Below, one piece after another: positions 1-9,276 of a stretch of 32,000 bases of DNA; position 1 is the stretch's first letter, and every line of letters begins with the position of its first letter. A program made the translations under genes and the position numbers. The stretch is from assembly GCF_000013905.1 (NCBI RefSeq), contig NC_007969.1, positions 3,000,001 to 3,032,000 of the forward strand, given 5' to 3'. The stretch is from Psychrobacter cryohalolentis K5 (lineage in GTDB: Bacteria > Pseudomonadota > Gammaproteobacteria > Pseudomonadales > Moraxellaceae). Below the pieces are notes generated by a model. That model was given only the letters and a program-made list of their open reading frames with translations, searched no databases and was not told where the DNA came from.

Positions 1-687
1 GGCAACTACCTTGATGATGACGCGCTGACCGCTGCTGGCATCCCTGACCGTAATGCTTATGACGCCAGCCAAGCAACTAAGAATAAAGCACTGAGTGAAG
101 ATTTGGGTGGTAATGATCCTGCCGGTATCGGTCGTAAGCCTAAATATGCCAAAGTTTATGTCAAAAATGACGACGCTGGACAACCTGAAATAGTGGTACT
201 ACCGATCCAAGGCTACGGTCTTTGGGGTACTATCTATGGTTTCTTGACCCTTGAAAGCGACATGAATACCATCAAAGGTATCAGTTTCTATGACCATAAA
301 GAAACTCCAGGTCTAGGCGCTCGTATCGAAGAGCCAGAATGGCGTGCGATGTGGAGTGGTATTCATTCTTATGATGACAAAGGTGCCGTTGCTACTGGCG
401 TAACCAAAGCTGGTAACCCAAAAGAGAACTGGGTTGACGGTATCAGTGGTGCAACTTTGACCAGTCGCGGCGTCAGTAACATGATCCAGTTTTGGCTTGG
501 CGAGCAAGGCTATAAGCCGTACTTAGATCAGCTGCGTAAAGAGAGTGGTGAAACACTGGTAGACGCTGAAGTAAAAGCAAGTCAAAGCCCTTATAAAAAA
601 CTGGGTCAAAACTTACATCAACAGCAGGCGCATTCTGTAACCGAACTGGTAGCAGTGATACCAGCAGCACACGGCAAGGAGGCATAA
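1..687 (+). CDS. nqrC: Na+-translocating NADH:quinone oxidoreductase subunit C (5' end outside window)
   Basis: Frame 1 is open from base 1 to TAA at 685-687. It carries the NqrC flavinylation motif ISGATLTS (Thr codon 454-456) and sits directly upstream of nqrD/E/F. Confidence 0.9.
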   Translation, partial: GNYLDDDALTAAGIPDRNAYDASQATKNKALSEDLGGNDPAGIGRKPKYAKVYVKNDDAGQPEIVVLPIQGYGLWGTIYGFLTLESDMNTIKGISFYDHKETPGLGARIEEPEWRAMWSGIHSYDDKGAVATGVTKAGNPKENWVDGISGATLTSRGVSNMIQFWLGEQGYKPYLDQLRKESGETLVDAEVKASQSPYKKLGQNLHQQQAHSVTELVAVIPAAHGKEA

Positions 688-688
688 C

Positions 689-1360
689 ATGGCTGATACA
701 AAAAGTATTTTAACCTCGCCCATTTTTGATAATAACCCTATTGCTCTACAGATATTAGGTATCTGTTCGGCATTGGCGGTAACGACCAGTGTAGCAAATG
801 CACTAGTGATGAGCGTGGCATTGACCTTGGTCACAGCATTTTCAAGCTTTTTTATCTCTATTATCCGTAAGCAAATCCCATCGAGTATTCGTATTATCGT
901 GCAGATGACGATTATTGCTTCATTGGTTATCTTGGTCGATCAGATACTAAAAGCGGTCGCTTATGATGTCAGTAAAGGCTTGTCGGTATTTGTTGGTTTG
1001 ATTATCACCAACTGTATCGTCATGGGACGTGCTGAAGCATTTGCCATGAGCAATCCGCCTATTCCAAGTTTCTTGGATGGTATCGGTAACGGTTTGGGTT
1101 ATTCAGCCGTATTATTATTTGTCGCCAGTATTCGTGAAATCTTGGGTGCAGGCAGCTGGTTTGGTATCACCATTTTACAAACTGCGACCGACGGTGGCTG
1201 GTATGTACCAAATGGTTTATTGCTACTACCGCCGTCAGCATTCTTCATTATCGCCCTGTTTATCGTGATTATCCGTACATGGAAACCTGATCAGGTCGAA
1301 GATGCTGAATTTGTAATGAAGCCGCAATCTAAAGGCATGGCTCAAGGGGGCGGTCACTAA
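689..1360 (+). CDS. nqrD: Na+-NQR subunit D (polytopic membrane protein)
   Basis: 223-aa hydrophobic ORF starting 1 nt after the nqrC stop. Sequence is NqrD/RnfE-like ([17 protein letters not shown] ... [14 protein letters not shown]). Confidence 0.92.
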   Translation: MADTKSILTSPIFDNNPIALQILGICSALAVTTSVANALVMSVALTLVTAFSSFFISIIRKQIPSSIRIIVQMTIIASLVILVDQILKAVAYDVSKGLSVFVGLIITNCIVMGRAEAFAMSNPPIPSFLDGIGNGLGYSAVLLFVASIREILGAGSWFGITILQTATDGGWYVPNGLLLLPPSAFFIIALFIVIIRTWKPDQVEDAEFVMKPQSKGMAQGGGH

Positions 1361-1968
1361 TGGGACATTATGTCAGTTTATTTATAACCTCGGTCTTTAT
1401 CGAGAATATGGCGCTGGCCTACTTCTTAGGTATGTGTACCTTTTTAGCGGTATCAAAAAAGGTTTCAACCGCCATCGGTCTTGGGGTAGCAGTCGTTGTC
1501 GTGATGGCCATTACCGTACCGCTAAATAACCTACTGTTCCAGTTCATCCTAAAAGATGGTGCGCTGGCATGGGCAGGTTTCCCTGATATCGACTTAAGCT
1601 TCTTAGGCTTACTCAGTTATATCGGTTTGATTGCTGCCACTGTACAGATTTTAGAGATGTTCTTAGATAAGTTCGTCCCAAGTCTGTATAACGCACTCGG
1701 TGTGTTTTTGCCACTTATTACCGTTAACTGTGCCATATTAGGTGGCGTACTGTTCATGGTAGAACGTGACTATAACTTTGGTGAATCAGTGGTGTACGGT
1801 GTCGGCGCAGGCTTTGGTTGGGCACTGGCGATTACCGCATTGGCAGGTATTCGTGAAAAATTGAAATACTCAGACATTCCAGCGCCGCTGCGCGGTCTTG
1901 GTATTACCTTTATCACGGTTGGTCTGATGTCACTTGGCTTTATGTCGTTTGGCGGTATGTCAATTTAA
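1360..1968 (+). CDS. nqrE: Na+-NQR subunit E
   Basis: 202-aa membrane ORF. Its ATG overlaps the nqrD TAA (TAATG at 1358-1362). Sequence is NqrE/RnfA-like ([18 protein letters not shown] ... [10 protein letters not shown]). Confidence 0.92.
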   Translation: MGHYVSLFITSVFIENMALAYFLGMCTFLAVSKKVSTAIGLGVAVVVVMAITVPLNNLLFQFILKDGALAWAGFPDIDLSFLGLLSYIGLIAATVQILEMFLDKFVPSLYNALGVFLPLITVNCAILGGVLFMVERDYNFGESVVYGVGAGFGWALAITALAGIREKLKYSDIPAPLRGLGITFITVGLMSLGFMSFGGMSI

Positions 1969-2091
1969 ACCGCTGAGCTTAAAAGCTTATTTAGCGATTT
2001 GACCTATTTAATTCATTTATTCGGTAGGGGTTCAGAGAAAACGCAATGACGTCTTTTCCCTCCCCTACTCCATAGATTAAGGATACCTACC

Positions 2092-3327
2092 ATGGATTAC
2101 GCTACGGCGATTGGTGGCGTTGCTATGTTTACCTTGATCATCATGGGTCTCGTTGCCATTATTTTGGCAGCGCGCTCACGACTGGTCAGTTCAGGCGATG
2201 TTACTATCCATATTAATGATAATCCCGAGAATGACGTTGTAACACCTGCAGGCGGCAAACTGCTACAAACATTGGCAAGCGAAGGTATTTTCTTATCTTC
2301 AGCCTGTGGTGGCGGTGGTACTTGTGCCCAGTGTCGTTGCCGCGTGATTGAAGGAGGCGGATCTATTCTGCCTACCGAAGAAGGTTACTTTACCCAAGGT
2401 GAGATTCGCAATCATATGCGTCTTGCCTGTCAGGTAGCCGTCAAGCAAGATATGAAAATTGAGATCGATCCTGAATTCTTTGATGTGCAAAAGTGGGAAT
2501 GTGAAGTTATCTCTAATGATAACGTTGCGACCTTTATTAAAGAATTGGTGCTGAAGATTCCAGATGGTGAAGAAGTGAACTTCCGCGCTGGTGGTTATGT
2601 ACAGTTAGAAGCGCCACCGCATGAAGTGCATTATAAAGACTTTGATATTGCTGAAGAGTATCAAGACGATTGGAATAACTTTGGCATCTTTAAATACGTC
2701 TCAAAAGTTGATGAGCCTGTTATCCGTGCCTATTCAATGGCTAACTATCCGGATGAAAAAGGTTTAATCAAATTTAATATCCGTATTGCCAGTCCGCCGC
2801 CGCGCGGTCCTGATGGTATTCCACCGGGAAAAATGTCTTCTTGGACCTTTAGCCTAAAACCTGGCGATAAAGTCACAGTATCTGGTCCTTATGGTGAGTT
2901 CTTCGCCAAAAAGACCGAAGCTGAGATGATATTTGTCGGTGGTGGTGCTGGTATGGCACCGATGCGCTCGCACATTTTCGATCAGCTCAAACGCCTCAAT
3001 TCTGATCGTAAGATTAGTTTCTGGTATGGCGCGCGTTCTATTCGTGAGATGTTCTACGTTGAAGATTATGATCAGCTAGAAGAAGAGTTTGCTAACTTTG
3101 AGTGGCATGTGGCATTGTCTGATCCATTACCAGAAGATAACTGGGATGGCTATACAGGCTTTATCCATAATGTCTTGTTAGAGGAATACCTCAAAGACCA
3201 TCCAAATCCAGAAGATTGTGAATACTATATGTGTGGGCCACCGATGATGAATGCGGCGGTCATCGATATGCTGCACAGCATGGGTGTTGAAGATGAAAAT
3301 ATCATGCTTGATGACTTTGGTGGTTAA
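2092..3327 (+). CDS. nqrF: Na+-NQR subunit F (2Fe-2S ferredoxin / FAD / NADH-binding)
   Basis: N-terminal TM helix, 2Fe-2S motif [15 protein letters not shown] motif RAYSMAN, NAD motif [17 protein letters not shown] at 2079-2083. Confidence 0.95.
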   Translation: MDYATAIGGVAMFTLIIMGLVAIILAARSRLVSSGDVTIHINDNPENDVVTPAGGKLLQTLASEGIFLSSACGGGGTCAQCRCRVIEGGGSILPTEEGYFTQGEIRNHMRLACQVAVKQDMKIEIDPEFFDVQKWECEVISNDNVATFIKELVLKIPDGEEVNFRAGGYVQLEAPPHEVHYKDFDIAEEYQDDWNNFGIFKYVSKVDEPVIRAYSMANYPDEKGLIKFNIRIASPPPRGPDGIPPGKMSSWTFSLKPGDKVTVSGPYGEFFAKKTEAEMIFVGGGAGMAPMRSHIFDQLKRLNSDRKISFWYGARSIREMFYVEDYDQLEEEFANFEWHVALSDPLPEDNWDGYTGFIHNVLLEEYLKDHPNPEDCEYYMCGPPMMNAAVIDMLHSMGVEDENIMLDDFGG

Positions 3328-3388
3328 TTGGGGTAGTTAAGCTTAATCGTTAAGCAACCACAATTAATAGAATAATATATGCTAAATT

Positions 3389-3416
3389 AAGAGTCTCAAT
3401 TGAGGCTCTTTTTTTA
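3389..3416 (+). terminator. Rho-independent terminator after nqrF
   Basis: The gagtctca / tgaggctc stem (one G-U pair) is followed by a T7 run. Confidence 0.6.
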
Positions 3417-3439
3417 TGGGCGAAACGGAAAGGATTCCT

Positions 3440-4240
3440 ATGAAAACCAACTATAAAGATTTGACCATTTGGATAACAGGCGCGTCAAGCGGTATCGGTG
3501 AAGCATTAACCATCGCCTTTGCCAAACGCGGCGCTCGTATTATTCTAAGTGGACGTGATGAAGAAAACCTAGCACTGGTAAAAAGCCGCTGTAAAAATAG
3601 TAAAAAACATATCGTTATCCCTTTTGATATAACCGATGTTGAGCAAGCAAAACTAGCATACGCTACCGCTAAAACTCAAGCAGGAAAAATCGATTGGCTG
3701 ATTAATAATGCAGGTATCAGTCAACGCGCGCTTATCATGGATACCACTGAAGACGTCGAGCGACAAATTATGGACATAGATTACTTTGCGCAGACGCGTC
3801 TGAGCAGATTGGTATTGCCAGATATGCTCGAACAAGGTGGCGGCAAAATAGTGATGATATCAAGTGTTGCAGGGTTACTCGGTACACAATATCGCGGTGC
3901 TTATGGTGCTGCAAAAGCGGCTATTCATATGTGGGCGAACAGTCTGCGTGCTGAATTGCACGAGCAAGGGATAGAAGTAGCAACGATATTCCCAGGATTT
4001 ATTCAAACCAATATCTCTATTAATGCCTTGACTGGCGACGGTAGTGCACAAGGGACGATGGATGCGGCAACCAATAAAGGACTAACTGCGACTAGCTTTG
4101 CCAAACAAGTCGTCAAAGCCCTTACTAAAGGGGAAGAGTATATTATCGTTGCTGGTCGCAAAGAAAAGCTCGCCACCAAGGTTAATCGCCTATCACCGCC
4201 AAAACTTTATAAGCTCATTCGTGAGTCGCAAGTCAAATAA
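3440..4240 (+). CDS. Short-chain dehydrogenase/reductase (SDR) family oxidoreductase
   Basis: TGASSGIG cofactor motif, NNAG, and a YGAAKAA catalytic Y-x3-K. I moved the start to ATG 3440 (GGAAAGGA RBS) because the ORF-track ATG at 3416 lies in the T-tract of the nqrF terminator. Confidence 0.85.
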   Translation: MKTNYKDLTIWITGASSGIGEALTIAFAKRGARIILSGRDEENLALVKSRCKNSKKHIVIPFDITDVEQAKLAYATAKTQAGKIDWLINNAGISQRALIMDTTEDVERQIMDIDYFAQTRLSRLVLPDMLEQGGGKIVMISSVAGLLGTQYRGAYGAAKAAIHMWANSLRAELHEQGIEVATIFPGFIQTNISINALTGDGSAQGTMDAATNKGLTATSFAKQVVKALTKGEEYIIVAGRKEKLATKVNRLSPPKLYKLIRESQVK

Positions 4241-4292
4241 ATCTAGCATGTTAAATAACTATAATTAGTGACATGTGATATCGCTACATCAC

Positions 4293-4367
4293 GTACGGCT
4301 GGTATTAATTTTTCTTGCTTGCTATGCCTACATAGACCGCAAAAAATTCATACCAGCCCTACCGTAG
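4293..4367. repeat. Hairpin-forming intergenic repeat, copy 1
   Basis: Core 4299-4337 matches 20968-21006 at 34 of 39 positions (hand alignment). The terminal arms ggctggtat (4297-4305) and ataccagcc (4350-4358) are complementary. Confidence 0.6.
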
Positions 4368-4526
4368 CTTTTTTAGGTATTTTAGCTATATATATTACAT
4401 AGCAATCAATATCTGAAAATGTTTTAAGCCAACAATTGGCGTTATGGGTGACAAGGGGTGTAAAATAGGCAACGCTTAGCTTATTTAATAGCTAACGCCT
4501 CATTTATCCCTTCGCTATATCAAGTT

Positions 4527-5687
4527 GTGATGACTCATATGAAAAACCCAAGCATGCAAAAATCAATACCACTCTCATTTTCTGTCAAATCGATGAATAC
4601 CGCCCTACTACCTATTATTGCTATAAGCACTGCACTAGGGATGAGCGCTTGCCAGCAAAAGACCGATTATAATAATCTGAGCGGTGAGACCATGGGCACC
4701 AGCTATCATATTAGCTATCAGTTGCCTAAGGGCGCTGATGAAGCGACTATACAAGCAGCCATCGATAAGCGCCTGCAAGATATCAATGACAGTATGTCCA
4801 CTTATCAAGCGGACTCTACCATCTCTAAATTTAATCAATTAGGCAAAGATGAGCCTATTACCATCGATGAAGATTTTAATCATGTGTTGGTAGCTTCAAG
4901 ACAAGTTTATGAGCTATCGGGTGGTGCCTTTGATCCTACAGTGATGCCATTGATAGACACTTGGGGCTTTGGTAGCACGATGACCGTTGAGCGTTTGCAA
5001 AGCCCACCGACGGCGCTTGAGATTGCGCAAGCCAAAGCCTTGGTCGACTTTGAAAGTATCATTCAAAAAGATAAGACTATCTATAAAGCCAAAGATGGCA
5101 TTGGGCTTGATTTTTCAGCAGTGGCTAAAGGCTATGGTGTCGATGTCATCGCTGATGTGCTAAAAAACAATTATCAAATTCGCAATTATATGGTTGAGAT
5201 TGGTGGTGAGGTGGCAACCTCTGGTGTCAGTGCGCAACAACAACCTTGGCAAATTGCGATTGATGCACCAATTGAAGGTAGTACCGTCAGCGAGCGTCAA
5301 ACTATGGCAGTGATTCGCCAACCGATAAATAATGGCAACACGATGCATCTGGCGACCTCTGGCAACTATCGAAACTCAGTCGTCTTTGATGGTAAGCACT
5401 ACAGTCATACCATTGACCCGACCACAGGTGAGCCGATTGTAGGTGGTGCGCCATCGGTAACCGTCGCGGCAGACACCGTCGCGCTGGCTGATGCTTGGGC
5501 AACCGCCTTAACTGCTATGCCTTACAAAAAAGCTTTGAGCGTCGCCAAGGAGCAAAACATAGCGGCATTGTTTGTCGTGTTGGCAGATGGTGTGAGCATA
5601 GAAGCAGCTGCGGACAGCATTGATGATTGGCAAGTGGTGCAAACACCTGCTATGCAAGCATTACGTGCTGATAAAAAGTCCAGCTAA
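4527..5687 (+). CDS. apbE: FAD:protein FMN transferase (flavinylates NqrB/NqrC), lipoprotein
   Basis: ApbE-family sequence with a lipobox (LGMSAC) and a position next to nqr and nqrM. The start is uncertain: GTG 4527, ATG 4530, 4539, 4554 or 4593 are all possible. Confidence 0.88.
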   Translation: MMTHMKNPSMQKSIPLSFSVKSMNTALLPIIAISTALGMSACQQKTDYNNLSGETMGTSYHISYQLPKGADEATIQAAIDKRLQDINDSMSTYQADSTISKFNQLGKDEPITIDEDFNHVLVASRQVYELSGGAFDPTVMPLIDTWGFGSTMTVERLQSPPTALEIAQAKALVDFESIIQKDKTIYKAKDGIGLDFSAVAKGYGVDVIADVLKNNYQIRNYMVEIGGEVATSGVSAQQQPWQIAIDAPIEGSTVSERQTMAVIRQPINNGNTMHLATSGNYRNSVVFDGKHYSHTIDPTTGEPIVGGAPSVTVAADTVALADAWATALTAMPYKKALSVAKEQNIAALFVVLADGVSIEAAADSIDDWQVVQTPAMQALRADKKSS

Positions 5688-5837
5688 ATCTAAAAACACT
5701 AATAGAAGCTAATTCGGTATCTTTCTGAAATTGTCTTACTAAGCTGAGAAGCTCAAACGGACAAGATGAATTTTTGCTATACTATTAAGAGGTTATCACA
5801 CAGATAACCGTCCTACTTTTAACGCGAGGTCTCCTCT

Positions 5838-6083
5838 ATGCTTAGCCAACTGCTTCCCATGCTTGCTATCACCTTTACCGTATTCATGCTGTTTTTTATC
5901 TTTATGGGTATCGGTTATATGGTCAATAAAAAGCCGCTTAGAGGATCTTGTGGCGGTGTTGCCAAATTGATGGGCAATGAGAAATGCTCGTACTGCGGTG
6001 ATGATCCTAATAAATGCGATTCTCTAATCGCTGAACAACAAGAGAACGCTTTAAAAGCGGCTCAATTGGGCAAATCAGTATAA
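5838..6083 (+). CDS. nqrM: (Na+)-NQR maturation protein NqrM (DUF539)
   Basis: 81 aa with one N-terminal TM helix followed by a Cys cluster (GSCGG ... CSYCG ... C). It follows apbE as in other nqr loci. Confidence 0.8.
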   Translation: MLSQLLPMLAITFTVFMLFFIFMGIGYMVNKKPLRGSCGGVAKLMGNEKCSYCGDDPNKCDSLIAEQQENALKAAQLGKSV

Positions 6084-6136
6084 ATAGTCGGTTTGTTACC
6101 ATACGCTGGTAGTATTTAGCCGTCATTTGTTCTTAT

Positions 6137-6181
6137 AATAGCGCCAGACCTTATAAAAAAAGGGCTGGCGCTATTTTTTTA
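6137..6181 (+). terminator. Rho-independent terminator after nqrM
   Basis: The aatagcgccag / ctggcgctatt stem is followed by a T-run at 6174-6181. Confidence 0.7.
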
Positions 6182-6409
6182 TGGCGCAGCGTTATTGTTC
6201 TACATCACTACTTATAGATATTCATATTGCCTTACCCGTTAAGGTAGCAAGTTCATATGAATTGCTTTCTGCCAATATTTCGATATTCTATTTTTTCGTC
6301 TCACTCATCTTCTTTGTGAGATTTTTTCGGTGTTATTTTGCAAGCGACGACTCTTCGGCGCTGTTTAATGACGTGTCCTTTTTCTTATTCTAATAATAGT
6401 CGTGCTGCC

Positions 6410-7687
6410 ATGTCTACCTCTCCTAATGTGCAAAATGATTTGCCTTTACAGTCTCAGACGGATAAGCCTTTGCCGTTTCAGCTGCCCTCTTCGCGCTTTA
6501 CGTTTTGGCTGGTGCTATGTGCCATGATTCTATTGGCGACCAATATGCGCTCGCCCATTGTGGCACTAGGTTCTATAGCGCCGGTGGTTCAAGGAGCGCT
6601 CAATATCTCCGAAACCCAAATTGGCTGGCTTGGCGCGGTGCCGATGCTGACTTTTGCACTTGGGGCTTTTATTTCGCCAGCGATTGGTAAGCGTTTTGGG
6701 CTTGAAAACACTTTAATTGCGATGATTAGCCTCCTAACAATAGGTATGATTATTCGCAGCCTTATTCCCACTTGGATGGGGTTTTTGGGCGGCACATTAC
6801 TGTTGACGTTAGCGATTGGTTTTGCTAATACCCTTGCGGCGCCTGTTATCAAGCAACGTACGCCCAATCATATTCCTTTAGTTACTGGATTATTCAGTCT
6901 CACTATGACCGTGTCGGCAGGGATTGTCGCGGGCGTGGTCTTGCCATTATCTGAGCAAGTAGGCTGGCAATGGGCGCTTGGTGGTTGGTCGATTTTGGGC
7001 GTCTTTGCCTTAATAATATGGGTACTGCTACGACTGCGTTTGGGTTCTTCAAACCATCAGCCCGTAGTACCGCTTGCTGAAGGCGTTCAAGCCCCATCGC
7101 CCATCTCTATGTGGCGCACACCCTTTGCTTGGCAAATTGCGATATTTATGGGCTTACAATCGCTGCTTTTTTATACGGCTGCCAGTTTTTTACCGTCGAT
7201 TTGGCTCAGTAAAGGCTTGTCAGCAGTAAGCGCGGGACAGATGAACTCGGTATTCCAGTTTATGGCACCTGTGGCGATTTTAAGCTTAACATGGTTGGTC
7301 AATCGTGGACGACCTATTCAGGCACTGGCGGTACTTGCAGCGGTTTTAAATGTGATTGGTATCTTAGGTGTCAGCTATTTATCTGCTGATTTGGCGTGGT
7401 TGTGGTCGGCGCTGATGGGCATTGGTTGTTCAGCGATTTTTACCTTAAGTATGATGCTGTTTTCAATGCGTACTTATACCGCCAATCAATCAAGTGAGCT
7501 ATCGGGTATGGCGCAAGCAGTCGGTTATTTGATTGCGTTTTTTGGTCCATTGGGGACTGGTTGGTTACATGAAGCAACGGATAGCTGGGATTTGCCCTTA
7601 TTGATTATGCTGATATTGATGGTGGTAAACGTAGGATTTGCATGGCTGGTCAGCCGTCCGGTGATGGTCGATGGGAAGAAGGTTTAG
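6410..7687 (+). CDS. MFS transporter, CynX/YeaN-like
   Basis: About 12 predicted hydrophobic helices with an MFS-like layout. The start is uncertain. The ORF track uses TTG 6338. I prefer ATG 6410 (MSTSPNV...), but no clear RBS is visible. Confidence 0.75.
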   Translation: MSTSPNVQNDLPLQSQTDKPLPFQLPSSRFTFWLVLCAMILLATNMRSPIVALGSIAPVVQGALNISETQIGWLGAVPMLTFALGAFISPAIGKRFGLENTLIAMISLLTIGMIIRSLIPTWMGFLGGTLLLTLAIGFANTLAAPVIKQRTPNHIPLVTGLFSLTMTVSAGIVAGVVLPLSEQVGWQWALGGWSILGVFALIIWVLLRLRLGSSNHQPVVPLAEGVQAPSPISMWRTPFAWQIAIFMGLQSLLFYTAASFLPSIWLSKGLSAVSAGQMNSVFQFMAPVAILSLTWLVNRGRPIQALAVLAAVLNVIGILGVSYLSADLAWLWSALMGIGCSAIFTLSMMLFSMRTYTANQSSELSGMAQAVGYLIAFFGPLGTGWLHEATDSWDLPLLIMLILMVVNVGFAWLVSRPVMVDGKKV

Positions 7688-7777
7688 TTTTTATCATTAA
7701 TCGATTAACTTTTGCACCATATTGCTGTTTATCTGATTCTGCTAGACTGGCTCTATTGCCTATAGGACAGCAGAATT

Positions 7778-8590
7778 ATGATGAACAGACCTTTTCGCTT
7801 GCCGCAGCGCTTGCTCACGGTTGTCGCATTGACGGTAGCAATCGCAATCAGTGGTTGCCAAAAAACGCCTGATGCTAATGAAGCTCAGACGGATACTGGC
7901 AGTCAAAACAGCAATAAAAATACCAGTCAAACCTCCGATATCCAAGTGTCTCAAACCACATCTACAACGAACCCTGCTGAACAACCAGCGCCTTTGACCA
8001 TATTGGCATTAGGTGACTCGTTAACCGAAGGGCTTGGCGTTGATAATGATGACAATTACCCTGCTCAATTACAAACACGCTTACAAGAACTTGGTTATAA
8101 AGATGTAAAAGTCATCAATTCAGGATTGAGCGGCGAGACCAGTACCGGTTTGGTCAATCGCTTGGATTGGGTATTACAGACCAAACCTGATATCACTATT
8201 TTGACCATTGGTGCCAATGATGCTATTCGTGGTATTGATGTCGCGACGGTTGAAGCAAATATTCGTACTGCCGTAAAACGCTTACAGGACAATGACAGCG
8301 TGGTTATCTTGGGCGGTATGCAGATCTATGACAACCTTGGCTCTGATTATGTAAAATCTTTTGCAGCGATATATCCAAGAGTGGCGAAAGACATGAACGT
8401 GACGCTTATTCCGTTCTTTTTAGACGGTGTTGGCGGCGACCCTAAGCTCAATCAAGCCGATGCCATTCATCCGACCAAAGAAGGTTATACGCTGATCGTT
8501 AATAACAATATCTTGCCGATATTACAGCCTGAGCTTAAAAAAATAAATCCGTCGAATGTGACCAATACGCCTACTGAGACAGCACAATGA
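7778..8590 (+). CDS. SGNH/GDSL hydrolase lipoprotein, TesA-like (arylesterase / thioesterase I / lysophospholipase L1 family)
   Basis: Lipobox AISGC, then the SGNH blocks LALGDSLTEG, GxSG, GANDA and DAIHPT. Confidence 0.85.
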   Translation: MMNRPFRLPQRLLTVVALTVAIAISGCQKTPDANEAQTDTGSQNSNKNTSQTSDIQVSQTTSTTNPAEQPAPLTILALGDSLTEGLGVDNDDNYPAQLQTRLQELGYKDVKVINSGLSGETSTGLVNRLDWVLQTKPDITILTIGANDAIRGIDVATVEANIRTAVKRLQDNDSVVILGGMQIYDNLGSDYVKSFAAIYPRVAKDMNVTLIPFFLDGVGGDPKLNQADAIHPTKEGYTLIVNNNILPILQPELKKINPSNVTNTPTETAQ

Positions 8591-9276
8591 CATCAGCATT
8601 ACCTACCTCGCAAGCAGCGCTGCTCACTGCCACTAAGCTAAATAAAACCGTACACGTTGGTGACCAGTCCTTGTCTATTATTAAAGACGTCGACATTCAC
8701 GTTAATGCTGGCGAGTTTGTGGTGATCATGGGTAAATCTGGCTCTGGCAAATCCACCTTGTTGGGTTTGTTAGCGGCATTAGATTATCCTGATAGCGGCG
8801 ACGTTGAGCTGGCAGGTCAAACCTTAAGCCGATTAAATGAAGATGCGCTAGCCATCATTCGACAGCGCGATATGGGGTTTGTTTTTCAATCCTTTCATCT
8901 ACTACCAACGCTAACCGTTGCTGAAAACATCGCTTTTCCATTAGATATTGCCCGTCGCCCAGATGCGGCGCGTGTCGATGAGTTGATGGAGGCAGTTGAT
9001 TTGGGTCATCGGCGTCATAGCTTGCCAAACCAGTTATCAGGTGGCGAGCAGCAGCGTACAGCAGTTGCTCGCGCATTGGTATCACGCCCAAAGATTGTAT
9101 TTGCTGATGAGCCTACCGGCAACTTAGATGAACAAAATGCCAATCAAGTGATGCAGCTATTACTGGATTTGCGTCAGAAAACTGGCTCAGCGTTGGTAGT
9201 GGTCACCCATGATTCAGCACTAGCTGACATGGCAGATCGCGTTATCACCATGCATGATGGGCGGATTGTATCGTAA
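8587..9276 (+). CDS. ABC transporter ATP-binding protein (YbbA/LolD-like)
   Basis: Walker [10 protein letters not shown], signature LSGGEQQR, Walker [17 protein letters not shown] overlap with the upstream stop at 8587-8590. Confidence 0.9.
   Translation: MTSALPTSQAALLTATKLNKTVHVGDQSLSIIKDVDIHVNAGEFVVIMGKSGSGKSTLLGLLAALDYPDSGDVELAGQTLSRLNEDALAIIRQRDMGFVFQSFHLLPTLTVAENIAFPLDIARRPDAARVDELMEAVDLGHRRHSLPNQLSGGEQQRTAVARALVSRPKIVFADEPTGNLDEQNANQVMQLLLDLRQKTGSALVVVTHDSALADMADRVITMHDGRIVS

Noticed and set aside
6181-6393. 70-aa ORF, and a tctcac/gtgaga hairpin plus T6 (6299-6327) in the leader of the MFS gene, as a small gene or attenuator
   Set aside because: The ORF starts inside the nqrM terminator T-run, is low-complexity (Phe/Ser-rich), and has no RBS. 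The hairpin stem is only 6 bp. This is insufficient evidence for a leader peptide or riboswitch.
7642-7984. ORFs 7642-7872 (+) and 7760-7984 (-) around the tesA-like start
   Set aside because: They overlap the 3' end of the MFS gene and the 5' end of the hydrolase gene. They have no independent support.
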